In this document: positions 47,067 to 55,939 of the stretch, piece after piece
How positions within the stretch are numbered: position 1 is the first letter of the stretch
Layout of the letters: the number at the start of each line of letters is the position of its first letter
Source of the DNA: an uncultured virus (IMG/VR IMGVR_UViG_3300025641_000004)
Lineage: Duplodnaviria > Heunggongvirae > Uroviricota > Caudoviricetes
DNA length: 58,991 bases
Direction: 5' to 3' (one strand)
IMG/VR virus record: IMGVR_UViG_3300025641_000004
Translations under genes and position numbers: made by a program
The notes under the pieces: generated by a model
What the model was told of the DNA's origin: nothing
The model's input: the letters and a program-made list of their open reading frames with translations, nothing else
The model's database searches: none

Positions 47067-48647
47067 TTAATCTTCGACCCAAACCGCGGCCAAAGATACT
47101 CGAGCAAGACTTTCAGTTGATTGCACAATAAATGAAATGCTGCTATTTGGTGGAACTACAATTCTTAGATCCCCAAGATTAATCGAAGAACTTCCCCCGC
47201 CAGGTACTTCAAACATGTAAATTGGCAGATTGTTGTCAACTGTTGTGCTTACATCTCCTATAGTATCTGAATAATATACAGATGAATTTTCCTCGCTTCT
47301 TGTGTTATACTCAAGCTCAGGTAATCCATTAAAATTATAATATACTGATACAAGTACAGGCGTTCCAGCTGGATTTGTTAAGAATGCCGAATTAATATTT
47401 TTTAATAAAACTTCTCTAGTATTAATTTTATTCTTATAAATTAATCTATTATGTAAAGTTAATACATGATGATAATCATCTGCAGATAAGTTAGGGTTTT
47501 CATCATATGTAATTGATGTAGCAGTTGGCAGTTTTGTATTTTCTATTAAACCTTCAATTGCGCCTAACATAGAACCACCTGATACATAAATATCAGTTCC
47601 AGTTCCACCTAAACTTGCAGCAATCCATCCAACCTTTAACGATGGGTTATCAACGTGAACATCATCATAATTATTTGCATATTTTATTTCATGGAAAACA
47701 ATCATGTCTCCATTTAACGGGTTTTCAATAGAGAATCTAATTTGCCCAGCACCAAGCCATCTAAAATTAATTTGGAAAACGTTTAATTTAGTTGGATTTA
47801 ATATTGCTCTACTATAACCATTACCATCAAGAGTATCACCATTAAAGTCTTCTTGGTATGTCCAATTATTAGTATGATTTACACCACCTTGAAGAACTGA
47901 AAGAGTAGCAGTAACGCCAGTTGAATCTGTATCAGAAAAAGAAAATGTTCCGGTTTTAGGCCCAACCCCAGTTGATAAAAAACAAACTTTATCAGCAACA
48001 TATTCTAAAATCCAAAAATCACTTATAATACCATGATGTATTTTTCTTGCCACATCATTGGCAGTATCTCCTGCTAAGACTGCAATAACAAAATCTTCAT
48101 CATTTAATGTTACGGTAATATTTCCAGATGTTGTGGCTGAATTACTAATAACAATATTATGAATATGGGCTTTACCTTTATTCTGTAAAAGAACTCCAAA
48201 TTTATCACCATCAAAGCCAACCTGTATAGCTTGCTCTTGCGCAAAGAATCCCGCTCTTTGAGTATAACCGATGGCTCCTTCTGTAAATTGAGCAGTGAAC
48301 CGTGTTAACGCGCCCTGCCCTGGTCTATATCTTACTGCTCTTTTTGATCTAATAACGCCATAACCACCCAATGAAGTTCCGGTTCTACATTCTAGTAAAG
48401 TGTTTGAGGCTATTGCAGATCCACTCTCAGATTCATAAGACTCAAATAGTCTTTCATCTAAACCATATAAACCATCCAATTGAAATACCGGCGTAATAGG
48501 AACACTCACATGTTCTCCAAATACGCTTACTGCTGAAGCGCTTGATGTTTTAACTGGATTACCATATTCATCAACCGCTAATGACGCCTCAAAAAGCGAG
48601 GTATTATCATTAAGATAATTTTGAGAGGTTCTATTCCACTGGGCCAT
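47067..48647 (-). CDS. beta-rich late (probably virion) protein of unknown function
   Basis: 526-aa ORF; start re-assigned to ATG 48647, 5 nt after a minus-strand TATAAATA; G/S/T-rich; RYRPGQG, WLGAG motifs. Confidence 0.75.
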   Translation of the reverse strand: MAQWNRTSQNYLNDNTSLFEASLAVDEYGNPVKTSSASAVSVFGEHVSVPITPVFQLDGLYGLDERLFESYESESGSAIASNTLLECRTGTSLGGYGVIRSKRAVRYRPGQGALTRFTAQFTEGAIGYTQRAGFFAQEQAIQVGFDGDKFGVLLQNKGKAHIHNIVISNSATTSGNITVTLNDEDFVIAVLAGDTANDVARKIHHGIISDFWILEYVADKVCFLSTGVGPKTGTFSFSDTDSTGVTATLSVLQGGVNHTNNWTYQEDFNGDTLDGNGYSRAILNPTKLNVFQINFRWLGAGQIRFSIENPLNGDMIVFHEIKYANNYDDVHVDNPSLKVGWIAASLGGTGTDIYVSGGSMLGAIEGLIENTKLPTATSITYDENPNLSADDYHHVLTLHNRLIYKNKINTREVLLKNINSAFLTNPAGTPVLVSVYYNFNGLPELEYNTRSEENSSVYYSDTIGDVSTTVDNNLPIYMFEVPGGGSSSINLGDLRIVVPPNSSISFIVQSTESLARVSLAAVWVED

Positions 48648-48652
48648 ACTTT

Positions 48653-48670
48653 TATTTATACAAATAAATA
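48653..48670. promoter_or_regulatory. back-to-back divergent late promoters
   Basis: TATAAATA on - strand (48653-48660) and AATAAATA on + strand (48663-48670), each 5 nt from an ATG. Confidence 0.7.
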
Positions 48671-48675
48671 ACTTT

Positions 48676-49110
48676 ATGAAGAGGATACGGGTATATGGTT
48701 GTTTGGACAAACCTAAGTTAAAAAAAGAAATACGTGAAGCTGCGTCTCTTTTTATTCAAGATCTTTTACCACGTAAACGCAAGTATGATATAACAATAAC
48801 AATATCTTCAGGTTTATCTAAAAAAGTAGGATCCTTTGGAGAATGCTGGTCATGGTCTCGTAATGAATATACAGTTAAGATCGACGGATCTCAAACAAAG
48901 GAAAATATTTTTAAAACACTTGCTCATGAATTTGTACACGTTAAACAATTCTCAGTTGGAGAATTAAAATTCTTAACTAAATTTGATGTTTGGCAAGGAA
49001 CCGTATATTACCATGGAGCTAAATACGAAACTCTTCCATGGGAAAGGGAAGCAACTCAATATGAAAAAATTCTATATAACAAACATATTGTCAATAAAAG
49101 ACAATTATAA
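48676..49110 (+). CDS. small zincin-like HEXXH metalloprotease
   Basis: TLAHEFVHVKQ and PWEREA. Confidence 0.75.
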   Translation: MKRIRVYGCLDKPKLKKEIREAASLFIQDLLPRKRKYDITITISSGLSKKVGSFGECWSWSRNEYTVKIDGSQTKENIFKTLAHEFVHVKQFSVGELKFLTKFDVWQGTVYYHGAKYETLPWEREATQYEKILYNKHIVNKRQL

Positions 49111-49121
49111 ATACTAAATAA

Positions 49122-50045
49122 ATGAAGTCCTTTAAAGAATATATTGGTGAAGCTGCTAAAACACAAAAGCAGTTCATTGCTCACCTTGATAAAATGCCAC
49201 CACTCAAATTTCTTGAACTTGCAAAACGTCTTGATAAAGAAATGGGCGGAGTTCTTTCAAAGGATAATGCTGAGATCAGAGAGAAGATGGATGGTTCAGC
49301 TCTTCGTATTGGTTTAGATGAGAAGGGGCGATTCTTTGCTCAAACTTCTACATCGCCTTCATTTTTTAACTTTGGCGATTTTAGAAAGCGTTTTTCTAAG
49401 CATGGTGAAGAAGCCGCACTTATGGGAGACAAGTGGGATGATATTTTTAAAATGATAAAGAGTGACTCCAAGGTTAATGCCATTCTTAAAAAGTATAATA
49501 CTAAAAACGGTATTAAGGTTGTTGGAGAGATTATGTATCCTCCGCTTGGTATTGATTTACTTGATAAAATGCGATTTATTCGTATTGATTATGAGAAGAA
49601 AAAACTTGGTTCTGATTATACCTTCGTTCCTTTTTACGTTATGGATAATGAAAATAACATACATCCAAAAGAAAAAGAAATCTTTAAAGAACTATACAAG
49701 ATATCAAATTCTAAACGTAAATATGTCAATACCGTTGTTTTAAAGGATAAAGACATTAATATTAAAACGGATTTGAGTATTGTAAACAACGATCTTGTTA
49801 AGAAATATAAAAATTTAAATGATATATTGGTATCAAGGAAGCATATAGATCGTGAGTTAAAGGAAAAAATTAAAAACGAAATTTTACTTCTACAGCGTAA
49901 ACTGGCCGCTAAAATTCTTTCATATGTTGATGGTGGTTTATTAGGAAAAGATTTTGAAGGTATTGTAATTAAACTCAGTGACGGATCACTAATCAAAATT
50001 ATTTCTGATAAGTTTAAGAACACCACCTTTGATAAAAACCGCTAA
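49122..50045 (+). CDS. RNA/DNA ligase-like covalent nucleotidyltransferase with CTS-like leader
   Basis: EKMDGS (KxDG), VGEIM, FEGIVIK, LIKII; MKSFKEYIGE; TATAAATA at 49106-49113. Confidence 0.65.
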   Translation: MKSFKEYIGEAAKTQKQFIAHLDKMPPLKFLELAKRLDKEMGGVLSKDNAEIREKMDGSALRIGLDEKGRFFAQTSTSPSFFNFGDFRKRFSKHGEEAALMGDKWDDIFKMIKSDSKVNAILKKYNTKNGIKVVGEIMYPPLGIDLLDKMRFIRIDYEKKKLGSDYTFVPFYVMDNENNIHPKEKEIFKELYKISNSKRKYVNTVVLKDKDINIKTDLSIVNNDLVKKYKNLNDILVSRKHIDRELKEKIKNEILLLQRKLAAKILSYVDGGLLGKDFEGIVIKLSDGSLIKIISDKFKNTTFDKNR

Positions 50046-50059
50046 TAAATAATAATATA

Positions 50060-50965
50060 ATGCTAGCATATAAACAATTTTTAGAAAATAAACGGCAGCT
50101 GTCTGAAGGTGGTAACGCTGTTAAAGGAGTCGGACCGATTAATCAAGAGAATTCTATTCCTACATATAATAAAATTCTTAGTGAGTTTTTGCCAAAGCTT
50201 AAACTTAAAGATAAGCATGTAGCGAGTCTTGGCTCTACTGGTAAAAAAGGACCAAAGCAAACCTCAGGCGATATTGATATTGCTCTTGATGCTACCGAGC
50301 TTTTAAAATCAAATAAGATTGACACATATGCAGATCTAATGGATTTTATTGTTGTTACAGTTAAATCTTTAGGATATGATTATAAAGATATGCGTAGTAT
50401 TGGTATTGTTAGTATTGCATATCCAATTGTTAATGACGATAAGTTACAAGCAGATAAACTTGTTCAAGTAGACTTTATGGTTGTTGAAAATCTTAAACAT
50501 GCAACATGGGCTTTTCACAGTCCTTCATATCTTGAGTCCAATCTAAAGGGTTTATATAGAAACGAATTAAACTTTGCTGTCGCTAAATATGCTGGATTTA
50601 AAGTAACTGAAAGAGACAAAGAAAGCAAAGAAGCCGTTACATGGCAGCGCTTTTGGTGGGATATTAAACGAGGCTTAAGTAAAGGAACACAAACTCGATT
50701 AAGTGCAAAGACTGGTAAAATTGTAAAAGGCACTAGACCGTTAACAAAAAACGATATTTCTGATGAGCCTGATGATATTGTTAAGTTCCTATATGGAGAG
50801 AAATATAAAGCAAGAGATATTTTAACTTTTGATGATGCTCTTAATGCTATTATGAGTAATGATTTTCCTTATAAGAAACAAAGGAAGACTATTTTAAAAG
50901 CTGCATCCGAATCTATACAAAAGAAAGGCTTCCCTATTCCGAAGCAAATGGCCAAATATATATAA
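50060..50965 (+). CDS. Pol-beta superfamily nucleotidyltransferase with CTS-like leader
   Basis: LGSTG...SGDIDIA and VQVDFM; MLAYKQFLE. Confidence 0.7.
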   Translation: MLAYKQFLENKRQLSEGGNAVKGVGPINQENSIPTYNKILSEFLPKLKLKDKHVASLGSTGKKGPKQTSGDIDIALDATELLKSNKIDTYADLMDFIVVTVKSLGYDYKDMRSIGIVSIAYPIVNDDKLQADKLVQVDFMVVENLKHATWAFHSPSYLESNLKGLYRNELNFAVAKYAGFKVTERDKESKEAVTWQRFWWDIKRGLSKGTQTRLSAKTGKIVKGTRPLTKNDISDEPDDIVKFLYGEKYKARDILTFDDALNAIMSNDFPYKKQRKTILKAASESIQKKGFPIPKQMAKYI

Positions 50966-50978
50966 CATATAACAAACG

Positions 50979-51674
50979 ATGGAAGAATTTCAAAAAAACG
51001 ATATGGCTGAAGGCCGCTCATGGAAATCTATAGGACACTATACCGCAGATGGTAAAGAGTGGGCTGGAGATCAACATGCGCATAATGGTCAAATAATGAC
51101 TGGTAAGACGCATGATAAAAATAGTGTTTACTTATATCATTATAAAGAATTATCTGCTGAAGTGAGAAAAAAAATCGATGCAGAAATTGAAGAAGCAGAA
51201 AAGGATTTACGCTTACGTGACCTTGAAGTTGTTGATCCAACCGATGGCAGTTGGGGCGATGAAATGGGCTTCTTAAATCGTCGATATATGAAACGTCATA
51301 ATTCGTATGTTACTGAAGATTCCGAAGACGAATGCTATAGTGAAGCGTTAACCGCTATTCAACGAATTAAGCGTAGAGCGATAATGCGTAAAAGCAAAGC
51401 GGCTATTGCTCGTGGCCGACGTCGTTCTGAAAAGAAAAAACCAACACTTAAGGTAATGAAGAATAGAGCTTTGAAAGCTGCTAGGAACCTTTTATTTAAA
51501 AAGTTGGCGGGTCAACGATCAAAAGATGAGTTGAGCTTTTCTGAAAGATCTAGAATTGAAAAGGTTCTATCAAAAAAACAAGGGAAGATCAAAGCGATTG
51601 CTAAAAAGATTTTACCAAAATTAATCCAAAAGGAAAAAGCGAAGCGTGCTAAAAAAGCAGCAGAAAAGAAATAA
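50979..51674 (+). CDS. hypothetical protein with His-rich N-domain and very basic C-terminus
   Basis: 231-aa ORF; TAATG coupling to the next gene. Confidence 0.7.
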   Translation: MEEFQKNDMAEGRSWKSIGHYTADGKEWAGDQHAHNGQIMTGKTHDKNSVYLYHYKELSAEVRKKIDAEIEEAEKDLRLRDLEVVDPTDGSWGDEMGFLNRRYMKRHNSYVTEDSEDECYSEALTAIQRIKRRAIMRKSKAAIARGRRRSEKKKPTLKVMKNRALKAARNLLFKKLAGQRSKDELSFSERSRIEKVLSKKQGKIKAIAKKILPKLIQKEKAKRAKKAAEKK

Positions 51675-52477
51675 TGAAATCATTTAAAACATTTATTAAA
51701 GAAAAGGAAGTCAAAACATTGGTGACTACCTTTGGCCGTTTTAACCCGCCACATGTTGGACACGCCGTAAACTTTAAAGAGTTAGCAGCAGCAGCTAAAA
51801 AAGAAAAAGCGGATTATAGAATTTACTCTTCGCAGTCGCAGGACGCTAAAAGGAATCCATTAGGATATGAAGAAAAAATTAAATTTCTTAGAAAGCTTTT
51901 TCCTCAACACGCTCGTAGTATTTACTTAGACAAAAAGGTTAAAAACCCATTTGATGTTGCTAAACAAGCTTATGCAGATGGTTATGAGAAACTTGTTATT
52001 GCGGTTGGGCCAGATCGTGCGAACGAATTTAAAGATATGTTATTGAAATATAACAAAGAAGGTGGTATATTTTATTTTCCTGCCGGTATTGAAATTGTTG
52101 ATACTGGAAAGGGTAAAAGGATTTCAAGCGCCACTCTTATGAGAAAGTCTGCAGAAAATAATGACCTTGCAACCTTTGCTAAAAATCTTCCTAAAACCTT
52201 TAAAGAAGTTGAAAAGTTATTTAATGCAGTAAGGAAAGGAATGGGTTTAAAAGAATCTACCAACTTCCGCAAACATATTGATATAAATCCAAATGAAGCG
52301 CGTGAGCGTTTTTTCAATAAGGAAATCTTTAATGAAAATGATAAAGTTATAAGTATAAAGGATAATAAAACTTATACTATTAAAGAGCGCTTTAGTAATT
52401 ACGTTAGCGCAGCTGATGGCACCACTATTAAAAAGTTTTTTATAACAGATATAATCCCTATTAATGAAAACCCTTAA
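51674..52477 (+). CDS. HxGH nucleotidyltransferase (cytidylyl/adenylyltransferase family) with CTS-like leader
   Basis: FGRFNPPHVGH, NPL, VGPDR, ISSATLMR; MKSFKTFIKE. Confidence 0.85.
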   Translation: MKSFKTFIKEKEVKTLVTTFGRFNPPHVGHAVNFKELAAAAKKEKADYRIYSSQSQDAKRNPLGYEEKIKFLRKLFPQHARSIYLDKKVKNPFDVAKQAYADGYEKLVIAVGPDRANEFKDMLLKYNKEGGIFYFPAGIEIVDTGKGKRISSATLMRKSAENNDLATFAKNLPKTFKEVEKLFNAVRKGMGLKESTNFRKHIDINPNEARERFFNKEIFNENDKVISIKDNKTYTIKERFSNYVSAADGTTIKKFFITDIIPINENP

Positions 52478-52619
52478 ACTTATAATTTTATCTAGCTATA
52501 TTTTTATTGGGACGTCGTGTGTTCGTCCTCACTCAATAAACCTGCAAATGGAACAACTTCCAGCCGAAGAATTAGAAACAACTTTAAACCTTAAATGGAA
52601 ACTTTAACAAACAAATAAA

Positions 52620-54494
52620 ATGAAAAAACTAACAGATATTTTAGAAAACAAAAATGTTATCTTAGACGAGAATAGCGACGCTAGCTTAGAAATCCTATTA
52701 AACGAAGCCGAGGCAAAACCGCCAGAAAATACTGACGTTGGTATTGTTCTTTCAAGACTATCAGATATGATTTCAATGTCAGATGATTTGTATGATACTG
52801 CATCTTCCCTTGAAGAAATTGATAAGGAAACCGCCGATACTGTTGAATCCACATATAATTCTATTGATGAGTTATACGCGATGTTTGATGATAAGTATGA
52901 TATCTTTAGATCTGATTTTGATATGGGAGATATTGAAATGGATGAAGATTTCCGTATTAGTTTAGATGATCTATTAAATGAAGCAACTGATGAGTTATCA
53001 GAAGCATTTTTACGTTTGCCTGGCCATTTTATTAATAATGAATTATATGGAGTAGAACGAGATCTTAATACTTTTATTAAGGGTTTGCAAAATGGTAATG
53101 ATGTTAATATGAAAGAGCTTAATAAAATCATTAAGATATTACAAAGCGCTAAGAAGGAAGTTAAGAAATTCAATAAGCCTGAAGATGTTCCTGTTAGTTT
53201 TCAATATAAAAAAGAATCTATTGACATTAATGAGTATTTCTCTAAAGCTGACTTGAAACTTATTGATAAGATGTATGACAAGAAGGGTAACCTTACTCCA
53301 TTCGGAAGAAAGGTAATGAATCATGGTAAGAAGCCAGGTGATAAAGGTTATATCGAAGAAGCAACCCGTCGAAACCAAGGGCTTACTGATTTATTCCATA
53401 ACCTTGCTGCAGTTGAAAGACAACTACGTCCTAACAGCCCTATTCACAGGTTAGTTGAAAAGACTGCTGAGGGTAATTATACTGCAGAATTTAAGAAGAT
53501 GCAAAAATTGGTTGCTCCTCTTGTTAAAATGTGGGATGACATTGAAGCGGACTTAGACACAGACTACCCTCGTGAATCTATTGAAGAAGCTGGAGGTGAT
53601 TGGGTTGTCGTTGATTTAAATACTAAGAAGGTTACGTATGTTAAATCATATGACGCTGCTTCAAAGTATGTGAAGAAGAACGGTGGAGTAATTGCAAGCG
53701 CTGAATATTATGTTGATAACAAAAAGAAGTTTGAAGATACCTCGTTTGAAGGAGAGCCTCTTGATGAAGCAAAACAAAAAACAATTGAGGAAGACAAGTA
53801 TACTGATCTTGGTTTAAGCGTATCCCATACTCTAAACATGGCTCAAACCTTTTGGTATAAGTTAGGCGGTAAAGCTCAAATTGATCAAAAGAAATATGCT
53901 AAGCTTGAAGCTGATTATGTTAAAAGAGGTAAAGTAAAAGTAAAGCTTGATGATATTGGTAAAGTTACATTCAAGAATGTAACACACCATCTGACATTTA
54001 AAGATAAGAGTAAAGCAATGTTCCACGTTTCTGATAAACCTGGCACACCAACCGTAATCGGAAACTTCGATGCTCTTGGTGTTAACGGTAAGCGCGGTAA
54101 TATGTTCCATTCTGCTATTAAAGATAGAGATCTTGATTTAACATTTACAGAATCCATCGAAGAAGCCGTTTCTAGTTCAGCACTTTCCATTCTAAAGAAG
54201 GTCGGTTTTAAAGAAGCTCCAGTAGATAAGACAACAACAAAGGTCGTTAATTCTCTTTCTGGTAAAAAACTTAAACTGACTCAACTGTTTGGTATATCAA
54301 TGCGAGCTGGTAAGTGGGCCGATATCTTTGTCGGGACTACCGAAGATGGCAAATATTTTGTGGTTGATCCATCTGGAACTACTATCTTTAATAAAGAATC
54401 TGAGTTAGTAACTGCTTTAAAGTCTGCCGCACTTGGTGAATCTATCAACCATTTTTTAAAGGGTGGTAAAGACCTTAATGACATCGTTGGTTAA
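52620..54494 (+). CDS. multi-segment late protein, candidate protease-processed polyprotein
   Basis: Recurrent ESIEEA/LNEA/IEEA/LDEA linkers between unrelated segments. Confidence 0.65.
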   Translation: MKKLTDILENKNVILDENSDASLEILLNEAEAKPPENTDVGIVLSRLSDMISMSDDLYDTASSLEEIDKETADTVESTYNSIDELYAMFDDKYDIFRSDFDMGDIEMDEDFRISLDDLLNEATDELSEAFLRLPGHFINNELYGVERDLNTFIKGLQNGNDVNMKELNKIIKILQSAKKEVKKFNKPEDVPVSFQYKKESIDINEYFSKADLKLIDKMYDKKGNLTPFGRKVMNHGKKPGDKGYIEEATRRNQGLTDLFHNLAAVERQLRPNSPIHRLVEKTAEGNYTAEFKKMQKLVAPLVKMWDDIEADLDTDYPRESIEEAGGDWVVVDLNTKKVTYVKSYDAASKYVKKNGGVIASAEYYVDNKKKFEDTSFEGEPLDEAKQKTIEEDKYTDLGLSVSHTLNMAQTFWYKLGGKAQIDQKKYAKLEADYVKRGKVKVKLDDIGKVTFKNVTHHLTFKDKSKAMFHVSDKPGTPTVIGNFDALGVNGKRGNMFHSAIKDRDLDLTFTESIEEAVSSSALSILKKVGFKEAPVDKTTTKVVNSLSGKKLKLTQLFGISMRAGKWADIFVGTTEDGKYFVVDPSGTTIFNKESELVTALKSAALGESINHFLKGGKDLNDIVG

Positions 54495-54532
54495 TCTCTA
54501 ATAAGCCTTATATATAATTATATAAGGTTAAT

Positions 54533-54904
54533 ATGACAAAGGAAAATAAAAAATTAAATTTAAACAATTTCTCATTATACGCAGCTCAACATTATACTAA
54601 TCCAAGAGTATTAAACGTTGACGAATTTTATGAAGATTTGAATAAATTTAAATATGTAAAAAAATTATTTACCAAATATAAAACTTCTGGCGACTTAAAA
54701 GAAAGATTAATATTAAATCATATAATTTCAATATATAATGTTTTTAACATTGAGGCGGCAACTAAAATGTGCTTTTTTAAAATGGATGAAGAATCTTATC
54801 CTGCGTTAAAAACATTCTTGTTATACTTAAACTATATTCAAGAGCATGAATTTATAAATATTCAATGTGATCTATACGTTGTAAAAAAACTAAATAAAAT
54901 ATAA
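54533..54904 (+). CDS. conserved T4-like hypothetical protein
   Basis: EFYEDL..FKY, LKERLILNHII. Confidence 0.75.
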   Translation: MTKENKKLNLNNFSLYAAQHYTNPRVLNVDEFYEDLNKFKYVKKLFTKYKTSGDLKERLILNHIISIYNVFNIEAATKMCFFKMDEESYPALKTFLLYLNYIQEHEFINIQCDLYVVKKLNKI

Positions 54905-54909
54905 AACTA

Positions 54910-55491
54910 GTGGGATTCTTATTCAAAGCAGCCGATACATTTTTTGCCTTACGATTTTTAAGGTTATTAACCATGCCCTGGACAAAAACTGGAGCGTTTC
55001 AAAATGGTATTATAGACAAAGATGGTCGGGTAATTAAAAAGCCAGAGACTCCTAAGGAAAAGGAAGTGTATAACTTGTTTCATAAATTAGTTTTTAATAT
55101 TAAACGGTTATTAAATAAACTTCCATTTGGAAAATCAACTATTGCCAGTTATGCAGCCGGATTATATTTGATTAAGGAACATACCGGAATGTCAGAGCTA
55201 TTAATGGGAGAGCTTCTAGAAGAAGCGTTTGGTTATAATCCAACAACCAATATTGATTTAAACGAAACCATTGAAGACTGCCAAATTCAATCTGGTAATT
55301 ATATTTTAAATGAAAATTTGTTTTTTGCCAATGGCGATATGCTTGCTCCAATGGGAAATGCAACGCTGACAATTAATGAAAGCTCTACTAATATGATTGG
55401 AACTATATTTAATATTCCAATTTATAAAGCAAAGGATAATAAAACCGACCAATTCGTTTTGGTTACCACTAACAACATAACAAAAATATAA
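54910..55491 (+). CDS. conserved T4-like hypothetical protein
   Basis: GTG start; RFLRLLT.PW, GIIDKDG, FHKLVFNIKRLL. Confidence 0.75.
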   Translation: MGFLFKAADTFFALRFLRLLTMPWTKTGAFQNGIIDKDGRVIKKPETPKEKEVYNLFHKLVFNIKRLLNKLPFGKSTIASYAAGLYLIKEHTGMSELLMGELLEEAFGYNPTTNIDLNETIEDCQIQSGNYILNENLFFANGDMLAPMGNATLTINESSTNMIGTIFNIPIYKAKDNKTDQFVLVTTNNITKI

Positions 55492-55493
55492 AA

Positions 55494-55826
55494 ATGAATA
55501 TTAACGAGACAAACGAAGATACGCCAAGTATGACGACATCTACTACAGCAACCACCGATGGAGGACCTTCTAAGAAAGGCTCATATAATCAATATAACCA
55601 AGGTGATAATTGGAAAATTTTTGATGTTGATACGGATTGCTTTGAAAAATTTAGAAGTGGACGTAAGAAGTTCGAAAGATGGGCCCGATTTTTAAACATG
55701 GACAATGAAACACATAAATCAATTTATGACTATGCTTCAAAGCATTCAAAAAATACTATAGTTTTGCGTTGTTCAGAATCAGGCGCTCTTCGTGCAATCA
55801 GGCGTCGTTCTAGCAACGGTCTGTAA
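55494..55826 (+). CDS. hypothetical protein
   Basis: 110-aa ORF in operon position. Confidence 0.7.
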   Translation: MNINETNEDTPSMTTSTTATTDGGPSKKGSYNQYNQGDNWKIFDVDTDCFEKFRSGRKKFERWARFLNMDNETHKSIYDYASKHSKNTIVLRCSESGALRAIRRRSSNGL

Positions 55827-55843
55827 ATAACTACAGTTTGTTA

Positions 55844-55871
55844 TTTACAAATCGCTCAGTTATGATATAAT
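55844..55871 (+). promoter_or_regulatory. sigma70-like promoter for nrdBA
   Basis: TTTACA-N16-TATAAT with TG extension. Confidence 0.65.
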
Positions 55872-55939
55872 TATACTATCATAACGAAATCAACCCGTGC
55901 CTGTAATAAGCACAAAACCACAAAACTATAGTAACCTAA

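Noticed and set aside
48648..48710. Longer start for the minus-strand gene
   Set aside because: Would overlap the divergent gene and both late promoter boxes.
54506..54527. AT-rich inverted repeat CCTTATATA...TATATAAGG
   Set aside because: Low complexity; may just include a TATATATA late-promoter variant.
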